DNA of 63,244 nt, the filler included, from Choristocarpus tenellus KU-1152 (Eukaryota; Protista; Phaeophyceae), in NCBI GenBank assembly GCA_964200185.2. It is 13 parts of 13 records of this genome, joined end to end, with 100 filler letters (N's around TTAATTAATTAA, not from the genome) between each part and the next. Parts side by side here need not be neighbours in the genome. Positions count along the whole stretch, not along the records: positions 5,925 to 13,257 come from CAXNAD020006319.1; positions 13,358 to 21,634 come from CAXNAD020004903.1; positions 21,735 to 25,057 come from CAXNAD020020799.1; positions 25,158 to 28,668 come from CAXNAD020019536.1; 9 more parts are not named here. The stretch is one strand, 5' to 3'. A model generated the notes under the pieces. That model made no database searches. It had not been told where the DNA came from and saw only the letters and a program-made list of their open reading frames with translations. Shown here piece after piece: positions 11,236 through 25,365 of this stretch; within the stretch, counting starts at the first letter, position 1, and the number at the start of each line of letters is the position of its first letter. The position numbers and the translations under genes were made by a program.

Positions 11236-13933
11236 GTATGTGGGATCTGAGCCTCTCTCCGCTCACTGAAGAATGGTTGGTGGGGTGGCTTATGCCAAGG
11301 AAAGATGATAATGGACTAATGAGTAGATTCCCCTAGTATGAGGACGGCATGGTTAGACTTGAAGCCGTACTTGTATGCCATCGCGAGTGTCGAGCATAGA
11401 AGTACTACATGTATGTTAAACACTATTCCTTCAGCAGATAACCCTTTTCAACGGAGGAGGAATTTGGCTTCATTCGTTGCGGTGTCCCGACCCGAAGGCA
11501 CTCACACCCTCTTGTGCGACAACCCTCTCCGGAATGGGTTGCTTGAAAGGCTTTGAGTACAAAGAAAATCTCCTGCTGTATTCTTTTTAAGGGTTTGAAG
11601 GCAATGTCTCTGATTTCAAGGGATTTTTAAGTGGACCATGATGCCATTATTGTCGAGCATGTATGGCACCCGCGCTTCTGCTACCCGTCCTTGGCAACGA
11701 GAATAATGCCCCTTTCAGCAATGGGTATGCACTAAAACAAGTCGTTGTAGGGTGTGCACCGAAGTATGTCATGGCACAGTACATCTGTATGGTAAGAATG
11801 GTTAAGCACACACAAAATATCTAGGTGACTGTACCAAGTAAGTCCAACCTTTCAATGGATTTTGAATCCTTAAGTGTGCTTGCTAATGTCTTCAGCCCTC
11901 CGTTTTAAATTAAGCACGCACATATTCACACAAATTACTAGATTGTCCGGTTCCTCGTTGGGTCTCCTTGTTTGACCTGTATGTGTTACACTCATTCATC
12001 CATGTCTTGCTCAACTAAAAAAAGAACGTAAACTGTGTTGCAGTTGGTGATGTTTTACTCATGCTAAAAGAAATCGCGAGCAGTACGTTCGGTCCGGAAT
12101 ATACCGTCAGGACTACCAGCATCCCGTAACACCAAACCTAGCCCTAACCCACACACTGAGTTTGCTGTAATCTATGATATCTCGGGATAATGATGCCTTA
12201 CTGCATACTAGAGAACCCTATGTTCATTATTGCAATCTATGAGTGCGAACCTCTGTACTCGCGAAATATTCAGGAAGACTACAGTTACTTTTGGGGAGTG
12301 CATAAATGTAACATCCCTTTTTGAAGTCCTAGTAAAACCGCAATCTGGGGAGGAGGTAGCTTCCTGTGGGGGGGTTAGGGTCGGACCCAAGGTTTGATTC
12401 TATGTTTGTATGACATGAACAGATTTGTTTGCCCCAAAAAAGCAAAGAACTGTTTCTGCTTCAAGTTTCGTGAATGTCCGTCAAAAAATATATATTTTAC
12501 TCGTGCAGATATTTTTATTGTTTGACCCTTCAAAAAAAAAATAGTGCACGCAGCGACAAAAGCAAACCCCCTCAACTCATCTCGCTTGCGCATTAGTCTC
12601 CATGACCAGTAGAGGCCGACGACAGTTACGCATGTATCGACTCGTGTACAACTACGTGGAGATTACAACCTACGTCTCGGGGGCAGAGAATCTCCCTAGA
12701 TGTTCATTTGGTCACACCTTGAAGTGGTGGTATGTCTCCAGCTTTCAACTGGCCACCGATCAACCTAACATATCAGATATTGCTACTGACCAATAGTAAA
12801 TACGGTAGTTAGGGTTAGGGTTAGGGTTCAATCGGTTCATGCGACAGTATGAGGTGTGTAGCCAAACTTACAAGCTAAATGCACCACGTTGTCGTTTGTT
12901 CCTTTTCGCAGGCTAGGCTCCCCTTTTTATTTATTTTTTTGCTTAATTTCACCGTATTGTGTGCAGTTACTACATGGTAGGTAGCGTAAGAGGAAGGTAT
13001 ACCCCGAGACAGACCCAAACTGACAGCAAGATGATGTGGTAAATTATTCTTGTATGGTTTGTCGACAAAGACAAAATCAGCAGATCACCCCCCTCTTGCC
13101 CCCCCCCTGGGTGCACCAAATGTCTTTCAAGTCTTTGGTCGTTGGTGAGGGTTAATTATTTAGGCAACGGTATACTTCCGAGAAACCATTCACAGTTTTC
13201 TCTTCACTCCCCCCCCCTCCCCTCCCCCCCTGAACACTTTTCTTCTTTTCTTTTTTTNNNNNNNNNNNNNNNNNNNNNNNNNNNNNNNNNNNNNNNNNNN
13301 NTTAATTAATTAANNNNNNNNNNNNNNNNNNNNNNNNNNNNNNNNNNNNNNNNNNNNCCCTCCTCACTTTGGTCACACCCCCTTAAAATATCCTTCTCCT
13401 ACACGTCTCCCACAAATTATAAAAATAGATTATCACCTTCATGTGTTTGGCAATTTTTTTTTTAACAATATGGTGTAGCATCTGTACTTTTATCTTCAAC
13501 TGGGAGGTCAGTGTAACTGTCTGGTTTCCAGCCCACTTAATAAGTGTAAGACCTCGAATGCTTCATGTACAAATAGAGATGGTGTGCCATACTTTTCTCC
13601 AAACCTTCCCTGCCTGTATGTGCAAATGGTTTGCTGTACAACAATAAACAATTCCGGTGGACAAGACGCAATACTCCAGAAAATATGATTATCTGATCGA
13701 GCCAGTTGCAACCCATTCACCCATACCATTCACAATTCACCTTTGGTTTTAACCAACACTTCTATCCCACAATTTCAATATACTGTAGCTCTCTGGTACC
13801 GCCGACTAGTGAGGGAGTAATGCCCTTACAATAACAAGTATGCATTTCGTCACATGCAACAATTCTTACTGCAGCATTACAGTCTTGAGAAAGGGTCGTG
13901 TCACTCACCTGTAATTTGTGTTCATCATTTCAG

Positions 13934-16900
13934 GTCTGCAAACAACTCTCTCCAGAAATCCAGGCACATGATATGTCTGCCTTCAATGCATCTCTCCTGA
14001 AAAATGCCTCAGAGGTAAGGTCTGCGCGAGCAATGGAAGAGCATCACATCAGGCGTGCAGCACTTAAACAGCAAGCCAAAGGGGAGCTTGACAAGCTTGC
14101 TAAGCATCAGGTTTGTGCATGAACTACTGTGTCTCTCGCACAATGAAGAGAGAAAAATGTGAAGGAGAGAGACTGCACAGAGGGTGGTTACCCTTTTCTG
14201 ACAAGCAAGTCTAGGAAGAGGCTCACTGACAAAAGGTCACCTAAATGTGTTGCAGGTAGAGGCAACCATGGCTTCTAGAGGACCAGCCATTGAAAGGGTT
14301 AACAAATTGGTGAGGGACTCTGGTCCAGCCATCCAAAAGGTTCTGCAGATGAGAAAAGACGCACATGACCAAAGGTATCATTTGTAGCAGTGGTAAAATG
14401 TTAGAATGTAACATAGTCCTGGTCCTTCAGTATGAAGACAAATTTTATAATAACTCCTTTCCTACAGTGATTCCTTGCTGCAAATATGGCCCTAGGCATG
14501 GTTACCATTGTCTAATGCAATTTCCCCAAAGTAACATGTGACTAAAGTGCACATGAGGCTGTGGAATATGGTGCCAGTAAGGATAAATCCGAGCACAACT
14601 TAATTTCAACTACCCAACCTTTAATTTCACCTCAAGTCAATGGAACAGATGCGGGATAAACCGGAATTCCCCTCCATTCAACTATGCAAGAGAATTTATG
14701 TGCGGTATCATAGTTTACAGTGCCTGAAATAAGAAAGCATGGACAGTTCCTTCCTGCTCTTATATCAGAACTCCTACATAATGTGAAGGCACCTGTTGCA
14801 CTTCCCCTCCCCCTTGTTCCATATCTTGTAGATCGGCAAACAAGCAGGTATTGTTCAGGTACCGTACTTGCCGGTGACATTCACCTACTCTTTTGTGCTG
14901 TCTCAATCTTCCTTCCTTCTTCCTCTCCACATCCTGTTTTCGATCATATTTAGATCGTCAACTTTAGGCATGCAGAATAGCAGACCATAGCGCCTCTCAT
15001 ACTTTTCTGTCACTCATTTATCATCTGTATTTCAAGCTCATGATATCACTGAACTCTACCCCCACAAGGGTAGAAGCAGTACTGCAACTGAAGGCAGACA
15101 CAGAGGCGGCAGCAGCAATTATTCGCGGCGAGAATGAGAAGCGGACAGCCAAAAAGGAAGCCCTGGGAAGTCAACGACAAAAAGAAAAAGCCAGCTTAGA
15201 GGCCAAGGGACTCAACCCATACAAGGTATCATCAGAGTGGATACTGCATGATGAGATGCACTTGGATACAGAGGAGTATTGGCAGACACCCATTTGTAGA
15301 ACAGGTACAAGATGGAGGAGGTGTAATCATACCACAAGAGTGAATGTGGGAGTGATAGACACAATTGGAAGTACAGACAGGTGTGAGGGTGGAGGCAAGG
15401 AATAATGCTTTGGTTTTGGTAGAGATGTGAAGTCAATGAGGGTGGTCCAGGCAGACTGAGTTGGATTTAGTTACCAAGTTTTAGACTATCGTCCACAATT
15501 ATTGTGCTGTTGGTACTGCAAATAGATCGCCAATGACAACAAGGGTTAGCTCTACCTTGAACATGATTTTCGAGGAATACCCTATTCTCTTAATTCAGAA
15601 TCACCTAGTACAGCTGTGCAATCATATTAAATTCAGCCTGTACACACCTAATTTGTAACCTGAAAAAATTAAGTGATGTACTAAAATGTAGATCCTACTA
15701 CTTCGTATTAGAGTATTTTATTTTGGAACAATAAACTTATCCCATGAAGGTGGCCAAGCAAAGGGATGTGGATGCCAAGGAAGAGAAGGACAAGGCAAGG
15801 CAGGAAGAGGGTATTCGACTGAGGAAAGAGGTGAGAAAGAGATAGAAAATATTATTTTCTACTGTGCGCCTCTAGTATCGATTGGGCGGTGTGTTATTAC
15901 AGATTTTTGACTTATGCAAAGAGTAGCTCATAAATTCTTGCCCTAGAAGCTTCATTTGTGCGGCACAGGCAGGCAGGAGGGCTGACCTTGATCAGGTAAA
16001 CTTAGAAGTGGAGGGAGATAAGAACCCCAAGATCTTGTCTTGTAGAATCACATGGAAACGTCCACTGAGTTATACAACACAGCTCTGTGTTGTGCATCTC
16101 ATTGAATACTCTCCTGAGTTGACAATCCAAAAAGGTCACGCAGCCTGGTCAGATCAAGAACCACCGGTTAGGCCCAGAATGACCAATACCTGGAAAGTAA
16201 TGCACACAAATCATGCAGTCTTCCAAATAGCATCAACTGCCAGTCACGCAGAAATTCACACGTAGGACAGAGATTTTGGAAGCTCAGGACCACATCCACT
16301 GAGCTACTCAGTACAGCGGAATTGCTACTGGCGAAAGATTGAACTGAGGACTTGCCATCTCCAGTATGTTGCCTCAAGTCAAGCAACAATGCATGCACAT
16401 GCTACCACCATGTGTAGAATGTTACTTTATCTTGAGACTTTAGCTTGGGACTAGGAAATACTACCCTATCTAGCCCTGGCGTGTGGTCAGAGCCACTACA
16501 CACTACACTACTTCTCACTATGGACTTGGGTCAGTCATTCCACCGTTTGTTGTTCTACATCCTCTAATCGTGCGCAGAAGTTGCCTGGCTCCCCTGAACC
16601 CTTGCCACCACGATTCAGTTTTCCATGTCATTTTTTTTAATAAGTAGCAACGAACAGGAGGAGGGAATAGAGATACTAGTCGTTGTAAGATTTTTTTGAA
16701 ATAAAATTCAGCAAACCCTTACGTGACACATTAATAATCTACATTAGAATTAGGTATCAAAATCACCAAAAGTGGGGCTTGATCCCTCGACCATTTGACT
16801 GAGTAACAAACCTATCTCAACTGACCTACCCTGACAGCTTTGAGTTTCATAATCCTGCGTCTTGTTAATTATAAACTCTGCCCTGCAATCTCCCTAGTTA

Positions 16901-19900
16901 AGAGTCAGAATATCACTAGTGATGATTGGGAGTTGAAGATACGACGGTCTAAATTCTCGTGGAACGCGCTAATTCTAGCCGTGAGGAGAATTGCCATAAG
17001 GAATGGAATAGGGCCCTACTTAGTCACCCAAGAATTATTCGGAAAGTGGACAGAATCCAAAATCTGGTTTTGTGCTGAACCCAACTCTTGAGGAAGTCAA
17101 ACTGCAGCGGAACGCAGGAATGAGTGGTGAAATAATTCAGTGTGAAAATGATCTCTGATTAATTCTTGAGCGGATCAGAGGTGGTTAAAATCCATACTGG
17201 CAGAACCACTATGTGAGAGGAGCAAGATAAGCCACTTGTTGATGGGTATAGTTTTTGTCCAGATGCCCCCCTCGAGCAGAGGTCATGGTACTCCCAGTCT
17301 CAACATTAGTGATGACAAAAATGCTTATCTATGCTACATGTGGCATCCAGTACCTTGACACTGTGGACAGTTTCTCCCGGGTGCAGGGAGCTTAGCCACT
17401 GGTGAAACCACCACCAAAGATCCAGAATTCAAGCCACACGAAAACCTCTAACCTCCACAATAGCACTATACTACCCACATCCACTTGGAATTTCCCTTTT
17501 GTTGTCTCTTACCCGTTCTCTCAAAAGAGTATGCTATGCTGAGTTGCTCTGTGAATTCCCTCCTGAGTTGATTAGAACTTGGTGATATAGGATCAAATCC
17601 CTTCAAGGATTTTTTTTTTAGGACTGCTTGGTGGTCAGGCAGACGACAACACAAGCCTTTGTAGGGTAATACCTCCCTGGTACCAGTAGTTGTGGGCTAG
17701 GCAGGGTGGGGTGGCCCTTGGACACCTTGCTTTTGCTGAATCTGGAGCATAGTAATTGAGGACACAATGTAGCACTCAGCGGATATGCTCCCAGGTCTTT
17801 GACTCAAAGTATCTGGGGTGTGTGTGGTATCTGTCCATTCGGGCCCCATTTGTACATGTCGCAATTTTTTGGGTGATTTGGTTGCAAGCGTCATATGGAT
17901 AATGTAAGTGCACTTTTCCTGGTCAGGGCCTGAATGGGCACCCTGGTGTAGACCCCCCCCTCCCTCAGATACTTTGAGCCCTTTTCCATAGTGGTACAAT
18001 CTTGGCCTTGAGAAACAATCTGCACATTCTGCTTTGGAAGGTGCCCCTGAATTATAATTTCTTCTACTGCTTCTACTACTGCCTAGATTGGACAAGGGGT
18101 AAGGAATAGTAGGAAGGTACATCAGAGCATAAGCACTCATCGTTTTGAGGATGTGCATCTGCAGGGCATCAACAAGGGGCATCATACTGGAAGGTTGAAA
18201 CATCTTCAACGGAATGAACACCTTGCCGCATTTTTTTGGTCAGCAGATTCAATGAAAGGAGAAACATAGTTCTGTACTAGCATCTAATCATTCATGCTAC
18301 GTTGTATCCACCAATACAGCTGCACTCTGTTACACCAACTGATACACAAAGTACAAAATTTGGTTTAATACAAGTTTATCTCGTGCTTACATTTGTACAC
18401 CCTCCAAATATTTGCCCGATACCTGCCTGTAGTCTCCCCCCTTGTCTGTACCTTCTTTCCCATACTCCATTATTCTTTCACCACCCTTTGTTCATGTTTA
18501 ATGACACGTTGAACAGGAAATTGAGCAACATTTGAAAGAGGAGGCAATACTGAGATTGAAGAAGGACAACCGTGATAGAAGAGATAGAGAGTATGAGCAG
18601 CGCTACCGGAAGGAGCTGGGCAAGTGAGTTATTATAGAGGTGGTGTTCCTTCAGTAGAGATCTATGACGTTCTATGATTTAAAAATCCATGACAGGGACA
18701 CAAGGGCACATAAGACAATCACCAACAGGGCACACATTGTCTTGTTTATTTTTGTCAGATTGTGTGCATGTAAACTTCCTCTCAAAACATGGAGTATATG
18801 TACTAATACAATTTTACGTTGAAAAGGGACAACGAAAAATGCTCTTGCATGAGGTCTGGGCATAGTTTAGTGGATTTATTTCAATAGCGAGTCAAAGTAT
18901 GTTAGAGGGTAGGGCCGTGTCGATTTGGGGTCAAAATCCAATGTTGCGATCTTTCTGTAATTGTGGCTATCGTTTTTGTTAGGAAGTGTCAATATCCTTG
19001 TTCTGGACATATGCATGATAACCTACTCCAAAACGTATGTGTTTTACCTACCCCGAAACATTTTGGAATAGGAAAATGTCACAAAAAACACCATGGGAAG
19101 CCAAGCCCCAAACGGACAATCAGGGCAGAACTCGTACCCTCTAAGATATTTTCACTCAGCCGTGCTTGCCATTGAGTTTGGCCCATAGTATCCTGGAGGG
19201 GGGGCATTTAGCCCAAGCCACCCACTCTGGGCTTGATTGGGTGCTGCAGAACACTCCAGTTTCATGCCTATGTTGGGGATGATTTCCTTTGGATTTGGTC
19301 TGGGCAGGGGTATGGAAACGGCAGGTGCATCCAGACAGTGGGAATTGCCCTTACATGTGAATTGGTCTCTCAAATGACATGAAGATCACTACAGAGGGAC
19401 CAAGACCCCCGAATGGACGCATTAACTCCCCTCTAGGATAATATAGACCTTGCACTCGTTCATTTCGTGGTTTGGACACTGATTAATGGAAATCCTCTGC
19501 TGTATGTCAAAGTACTGAAGGGATTATGGGGGAGTCAAGGCTGGGGTCGGAGTTTGAGTGAAGTGGACAATCAATGTCAGGGTTAAAAGTGTGGCACTGT
19601 TTACAGTACCTGACCTGGATATAGGGTTTGGCCTAGGTGTACTCTTTTAGCACATTATTTTTTTCGCCAGTGTTGATCACATGAGGTATGGAGGATATTG
19701 ACTGGAAGTACAAAGTACAAATATTCTTGGTTGCTCCAGGCACACATGTTAGCATGTATGATTCTTTTCATTATCACATCGCACATTTGTGCTCTGGAAG
19801 TATGTACTTTGACATGATACTTGCTCTATGCAATATATACAGATATGTATATCCTATCCCTAAATCAATGTTTAGGCGGGGTTAGACAAGATATGCCATC

Positions 19901-20928
19901 TAGACGCTCATACCAAAGCATCCACCATCAGGTCACTCAATTCTAGCACCATGTACATTCCTGCACTCCTCCCTTTGACACAATCATGGAGGGATAAAGA
20001 GAACGACTAAATAGATTAATACTTTTGCTCATTCTTGGCATCACATACTAATGTTCTTGCCACCTTCATTACTTGAAACTGAAGGCAAGCAACGGACACC
20101 AGAAACATGGAGTACCTAAAATCTCGGACTGTAGATGGCAGTGACAATCTTGATCCTACAGGGCGTCAATTTCGTATCGAGCCCAGCCAGGTACAACTGG
20201 GGTAAAGCATATTCTTCGTCGAAGGCTCCTGTATCTTTCTATTCCATGTCTTCAAGAGTTGGTCATGCATGGACGAGTGAAAGTATCTTAGAGGGTACGA
20301 TTTTTACCCTGTTTGTCCATTTGGGGCTTGACTTCCCCTGGTGTTTTCATGATATTTTACCTACTCCGAAACATTTCAGAGTAGGTAAAATATGTATGTT
20401 ATGAAAAGGTGTGTCCAGAACATGGATATTGACACTTCCTAACAAACACAACAGTTAAAATTATGTCAAAATCGCAATATCAGATTTGATCCCCAAATGG
20501 ACATGGCTCTACCCTCTAAGATACTTTGGCTCGGACATAGTTGAAAATAAGGTCTCTCTGATGAGTATTTTGGTCGGTTTTTAAATCCTTTCAAACGCAG
20601 AAAAGAAGGTATAGGGTTCATATTTGCCTGTTCGATATTCCCTTGGGACTGTGCTTGAGCTCTCGAAAATTGAACATGTGCTGCTTCTCTCTATTCTCGA
20701 ATTTTAGATGCCATCTACTTCATGGTTCCTTTCTAAAGCAGTCCCTCTGTGACTCGGAATTTTCCCTGATATCACTCTCCTTCCTATACCCATCCCAATC
20801 TTCAATGCCCCCTCTAAAGGTGACTACCATCAAAGATGGAGCATTTGGTTTAGGGTGCCACCCCCGAAAGAGCAAAGACATGGCAAGGGCAGTAGTAGAA
20901 CTGGTGACTTCCAAAGCCAAGCATTCAG
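13934..20928 (+). CDS. CFAP74: Cilia- and flagella-associated protein 74-like, internal exons 13934-14110, 14256-14374, 15069-15225, 15750-15830, 18517-18623, 20085-20190, 20820-20928
   Basis: Seven exons join in frame with matching phases. The product is coiled-coil: RVEAVLQLKADT...EKASLEAKGLNPYKV...RLRKEEIEQHLKEE...YLKSRTVDGSDNLDPTGRQFRIEPSQVTTIKDGAFGLG. This resembles recalled CFAP74/FAP74 N-terminal segments (R..AV..LK; RK.EI....KEE; LDPTG...I.PS.VT......FGLG). The exon chain is solid; the family call is from memory. Confidence 0.7.
17801..17980 (+). mobile_element. MITE family B (about 180 bp, G/C-run subtermini), full copy
   Basis: Ends GACTCAAAGTATCTGGGG / CCCTCAGATACTTTGAGCC; 4-bp TSD CTTT. 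Confidence 0.88.
18889..19157 (-). mobile_element. MITE family A (about 260 bp), full copy in a CFAP74 intron, opposite orientation to the 20275 copy
   Basis: Ends GAGTCAAAGTATGTTAGAGGGTA ... TACCCTCTAAGATATTTTCACTC; flanks AGC/AGC. Confidence 0.85.
20275..20532 (+). mobile_element. MITE family A, full copy in a CFAP74 intron
   Basis: TIRs GAGTGAAAGTATCTTAGAGGGTA / TACCCTCTAAGATACTTTGGCTC; 4-bp TSD GGAC (20271-20274, 20533-20536). Confidence 0.92.
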
Positions 20929-21467
20929 GTCTGGTATGTTAGAGAGAGGTCAACCACTGAAGCCCTTTCAAACTTCTCCACATATACCAGAAGGAGTAAT
21001 CCATCCATCTGGAACCCTTGACTAAGTTCAACCCAGCAAAATGGTTGCTTGTTGATTCTTTTACTAATACTGATTGGAGAGTTTATTTAATGACTGTTTG
21101 CTAGTTGTTCGTCTGCCCTATTTAAACAGTGTTATATCAAATATTCGGCAGTTGCTTGGTGAAGCTGATAACATAGCTCTGATGTTCTGAGACCGTAAGA
21201 ACATTTTTTTGTGACTATAGCAAGGTGTAAATGGGTTCATATTCTATCCCCATAGTAGAATCCATTTTAGCACTCCCTCTGTACTATTCCTCGATGCCTT
21301 CATAATGATGATGCTACCCTGAACCCTCAGCAATTTAGTCAGTCCTGTTAAATGTAGAAGATGTATAAGATCCCTTCCCTGCCAATGGCATGGTCTCTTT
21401 TGATGACAGCCTGTGGTTTGTTTCTACTCCATCATGGCAACTTAACTGGAGAAATCAAACCCTTTTT

Positions 21468-21634
21468 GGCTCAAAGTATCTAGGGGATTAAGGCAGCTGT
21501 CCATTCGGGGCCCATTTTTCCATGTTGCGATTTCTGGGTGATTTGCTTGCATGCATCGGATGGATAATGTAAGTTCACTTCTCCTAGTCAGGGCCTAAAT
21601 GGACACCCTGGTGTAGACGCCCACCCCCCCCCCC
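21468..21634 (+). mobile_element. MITE family B, truncated by contig end; further end fragments at 38088-38108, 52999-53031, 63192-63244
   Basis: GGCTCAAAGTATCT start; interior colinear with the 17801 copy (GTCCATTCGGGGCCC, GGATAATGTAAG, GGACACCCTGGTGTAGAC). Confidence 0.85.
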
Positions 21635-21734
21635 NNNNNNNNNNNNNNNNNNNNNNNNNNNNNNNNNNNNNNNNNNNNTTAATTAATTAANNNNNNNNNN
21701 NNNNNNNNNNNNNNNNNNNNNNNNNNNNNNNNNN

Positions 21735-24700
21735 ACCAATATTCCGTCTAGCCAGTTCATAGTTCATATGCCAGTTGTAAATTATCCACTGTTTGTTTAC
21801 TGTACTCCTGGGTAGAAATAGGCATGGCCTCTGGTTCTCCCAAAATGATATCAATTGGTAATGTGGGACGTCTCCCAAACATTAAATTAAAGGGTGTTTC
21901 TTGTGGTATTGTGAGCCAGTTGCACAAAATGTAATAATGACGCCCAATCCGATTGCTTCATATTAGAATACATAGCTAGCATACCATGCATTGTCTTATG
22001 AATTCTTTCAAGAATGCTATTGCCTTGAGTTCGATACGGTGTTGTTTTCGTTTTCTTGTATCCATAGATCTTTTGAAGTTCTAGGATTAGTTTATTTTCA
22101 AACTCCTTACCCTGGTCTGAGTGTAAGGTTTCTGGGGTGCCAAAAATAGAAAACACTCGTTCTGTTAGTGCTTTTGCTACCGTTGCTTCTTGTTTGTCAG
22201 GAATAGCACTGAACAAAGCAAACCTCGTTAAATGGTCGACAGCAGATAAAACATAAGTATTTTTCTCTGATTGAGTTTTGTACTTTACCAAATCAATTGC
22301 TACTCTCTGAAATGGGCGTGTTACTGGTATATGCCCTGGAGGGTTTGATTGTTTAGAAGGGGTTATCTTGCGGCTTGGGCATGATTGACATGTTTCACAC
22401 CAAGCTCGAACATCTTTATGTAAAGTGGGCCACCAAAAACGGTCACGAATTTGGTCAAAAGTGTGCTTGAATGCAAGGTGTCATGAGACTTTATGATCGT
22501 GAAGTGCATGAAGTATTAACCTTGTATCTCAGTGGGTACCACTAATTGATCTCGGAATTTGTTGTTCTTCCGAAGGTGACCGGGTTGATACGATTTGTAT
22601 AACATCTGTTTGCCTTCCACTTCTTGTGTGAAAAAGTAAGACATGGTATACATTGTTTCGTTTTTTGGTAAGAGGGCTTTTTCTGGATTAGCCAAATATT
22701 TGAAATAGTCTCCATATTGAGCTTGTTGAGTTTTGAATAGTACTTCAGGGTCCAATGTTGGGAAAACATTAACGGCGCTAGCGAATAGTTCCGTATCATT
22801 TTGTACTCTGGTAATTTCACCTAGTTTGACCACTGATAAATCATATGCAGGGTAAAGCTTGGGTGTGGAGATATCCGACTCTGTTTGGCCTATATTACGG
22901 CACAGTGGAGCTAGTGGAAGTGGTGTTTCATCCAACATAATTTCCTCCAACCGTGTTCGGGATAACATATCCGGAATGTAGTGTAAACCTCCCGGTTTAT
23001 GCAAAACTGTGAAGTCAAAAGCTTGTAGTGCTAAGGCCCACCTGGTCAACATATTGGAAGTATCTTGCATTGTATGTAACCAACGTAATGCTGAATGATC
23101 ACTTACAACTGTAAAGTGCTTTCCCCAAATATATGGGCGCCAATGTGTTACAGCAAGAATGACAGCCAGACATTCTTTCTGAGTTGCTGAGTATCGTCTT
23201 TGGGTTGGCTTAAAAAGGGCACTATGGTAGGCTACAATTTGGAAACTATCATCCTCATTTTTATGTGCTAAGAAGCTCCCATGCCAACATCGCTAGCGTC
23301 CACGTGAATATAGAACTCTCGAGTAAAATCTGGAAAGTTTAACACTGGCGCCATAGCTAATAGACGTTCACACTCATTAAAAGAACTTTGCTGTGCTAGT
23401 CCCTATAGTTTAGATAGACTATTGTCTTTTCCAGTCTTTTTTGTACTTTTCCTTGTAAGTGATACCAGGGGCTCAGTTATTGTAGCCAAATGGGGAATAT
23501 ATTTCCTAACAAAGTTCATGGAACCTTGAAAGGATTGTAATTCTTTCACAGATTTAGGGACTTTCAGAGTGGTAATAGCCTGGATTCGTTCTGGTGACGC
23601 AGCAATACCACTAGGGCTGACTTCATGTCCCAAATAATGAATTGATTTTGAGCCAAATTGGGCTTTAGAGGGTTTTAGGGTTACTCCTACTTGCTGCAGT
23701 AATGACAATACGCTCTCAAGAAGTTGGATGTGATGGTTCCACGTTGGGGAAGCTAGTACAATGTCATCAAGATAAATCAGTAAGCCCATACTCGGTCCTA
23801 GCGTTGAAAATGTTTCAGACATGAAGCGTTGATATATCCATGGTGCATTAGCAACACCAAAGGGCAGCCTTTTGAATTCGTGTTTTCCATCCGGTGTGAC
23901 AAAGGCAGTTTCTTAGCGTTCGGTAGCGCTGGTGATGGGTAGCTACCAGTAGGCTGACTGAACATCGAGACACGACAGGTATTTTGCTCCCCCTAGTATA
24001 CCCAAACAATCTTCCATAGATGGTAACGGCCAGGAATTACGTACCAAATTTTCGTTCAATGAGAGCCTAAAATCCTCACAGAATCGAGGAGACCCATCAG
24101 GTTTGGTCACTATGGTTACTGGTGACGCCCAAGGACTTGAGGAGTGTTGAATTATTCCCTGATTTTCCATGTCCTCCCCACAACTACGTATTGTCTCACG
24201 TATTTGGGGTGCGGTCCGATATGGTGGACGGTTCACAGGGACTGTACCTAGTTTAAGTGGAAATTCAACACTGGTATTATAGCAACAGCCTAGCTCCTCA
24301 GAAGCGAGTGAAAATACAGGTCGATATTTGGCAACAAGGTCAACTGATTCTTCTTGTTCCTTATCAGATAATACTGTATCTACTAGGGCTTTTTTACCAA
24401 AAACTTCTTTCAACTCATCACAGGCTTGTTTAAGCTCCTCTGGAGTGTTTGGGGTAGCTGCTATGGTACTGGTCTGTGCTTCAGAAAGGGTATGAATTTG
24501 ATCCACTGGTGCTATATGACCTACAACAAATTTGATGAGGTATCTCAACACCATGATTGGAAGGGTTGGCAATTTTGACTAGGCAGATCCATCCTCTTCC
24601 CAAACAGTTAAAGACCGACTGACCATGATATCTTTCCATAGAGAGTGGTGCTGTTCCTGGTTGAAGAAGTCCATGCTCGTCTTGACAATGGGCTCCACTA

Positions 24701-25000
24701 CAGCATCTTTGCCTGAGCCAGGTAAGGCCTGAGAACACAATGAAACAACAGTTTCGGTTCCTGGGGGTAAATACGTTTTATGCTTCACATGTACAGGTAT
24801 GGTGAACTCAGTTGAAATTGTAGCCACTGTCATGTTTGTTGCAAAGGTTTGAGCAGTATTTTGACTGGTGGTTGGTGGATTAACAATGGGTATAGGAGAA
24901 AGTTTATGAGTAGCTGGGATGCGAACTGTGCTCCCAGAAAATGTTATTTCTTCTCTATCCCAATCCAACTTCGCTCCAAACGCAGCCATGATACTGTTGA
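21735..25000 (-). mobile_element. Decayed Ty3/Gypsy LTR retrotransposon pol (protease end - RT - RNase H - integrase); fills the contig
   Basis: RT: PPYRTAP, SSSPWASPVTIVTKPDGSPRFC, LDVQSAYW, LPFGVANAP, IYLDDI, YLGHEVS. RNase H: HVDAS, YSATQKECLAV, SDHSAL, LTRWALALQ. Integrase: H-H-C-C region, IDLV, LHSDQGKEF, TTPYRTQGNSILER. Domain order is Gypsy-type; several stops and frameshifts. Confidence 0.95.
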
Positions 25001-25157
25001 AACCTGAATCGAATGCATTGTATATGATACATAGACTACGAAGGAAGAGGAATCATGNNNNNNNNNNNNNNNNNNNNNNNNNNNNNNNNNNNNNNNNNNN
25101 NTTAATTAATTAANNNNNNNNNNNNNNNNNNNNNNNNNNNNNNNNNNNNNNNNNNNN

Positions 25158-25365
25158 AATAAAAGGCTGACCTGTTCTTGTCCACACGCGCCAGTCCTTT
25201 GATTCTTACCCTCTTTTGATAAAGCGAAAAGCGAGACATCGACTGAGCTAAGCATCAGCTAACACCATACGTGGTCATCATGTGCGGACCCCATAGCGTC
25301 GTTTTAAGGTCATTGGATTTGAGTTGCACATCCTGTGGAGGTGAGTTCTGGGGCACGCTGTAACA
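25158..25365 (-). mobile_element. LTR fragment (family X, begins TGTTACAG); other 5' fragments at 45920-45998 (+) and 46972-47022 (+)
   Basis: Three copies share TGTTACAG.G.GCCCC.AGAACTCACCTCCACAGGAT..GCAACTCAAATCC and all begin at the same TG. Confidence 0.65.

Noticed and set aside
16774-16838. tRNA-like A/B-box sequence on the minus strand (also GGGTTCAATCCC near 27312)
   Set aside because: No convincing cloverleaf; at most a decayed SINE head, and no second copy was found to support it.
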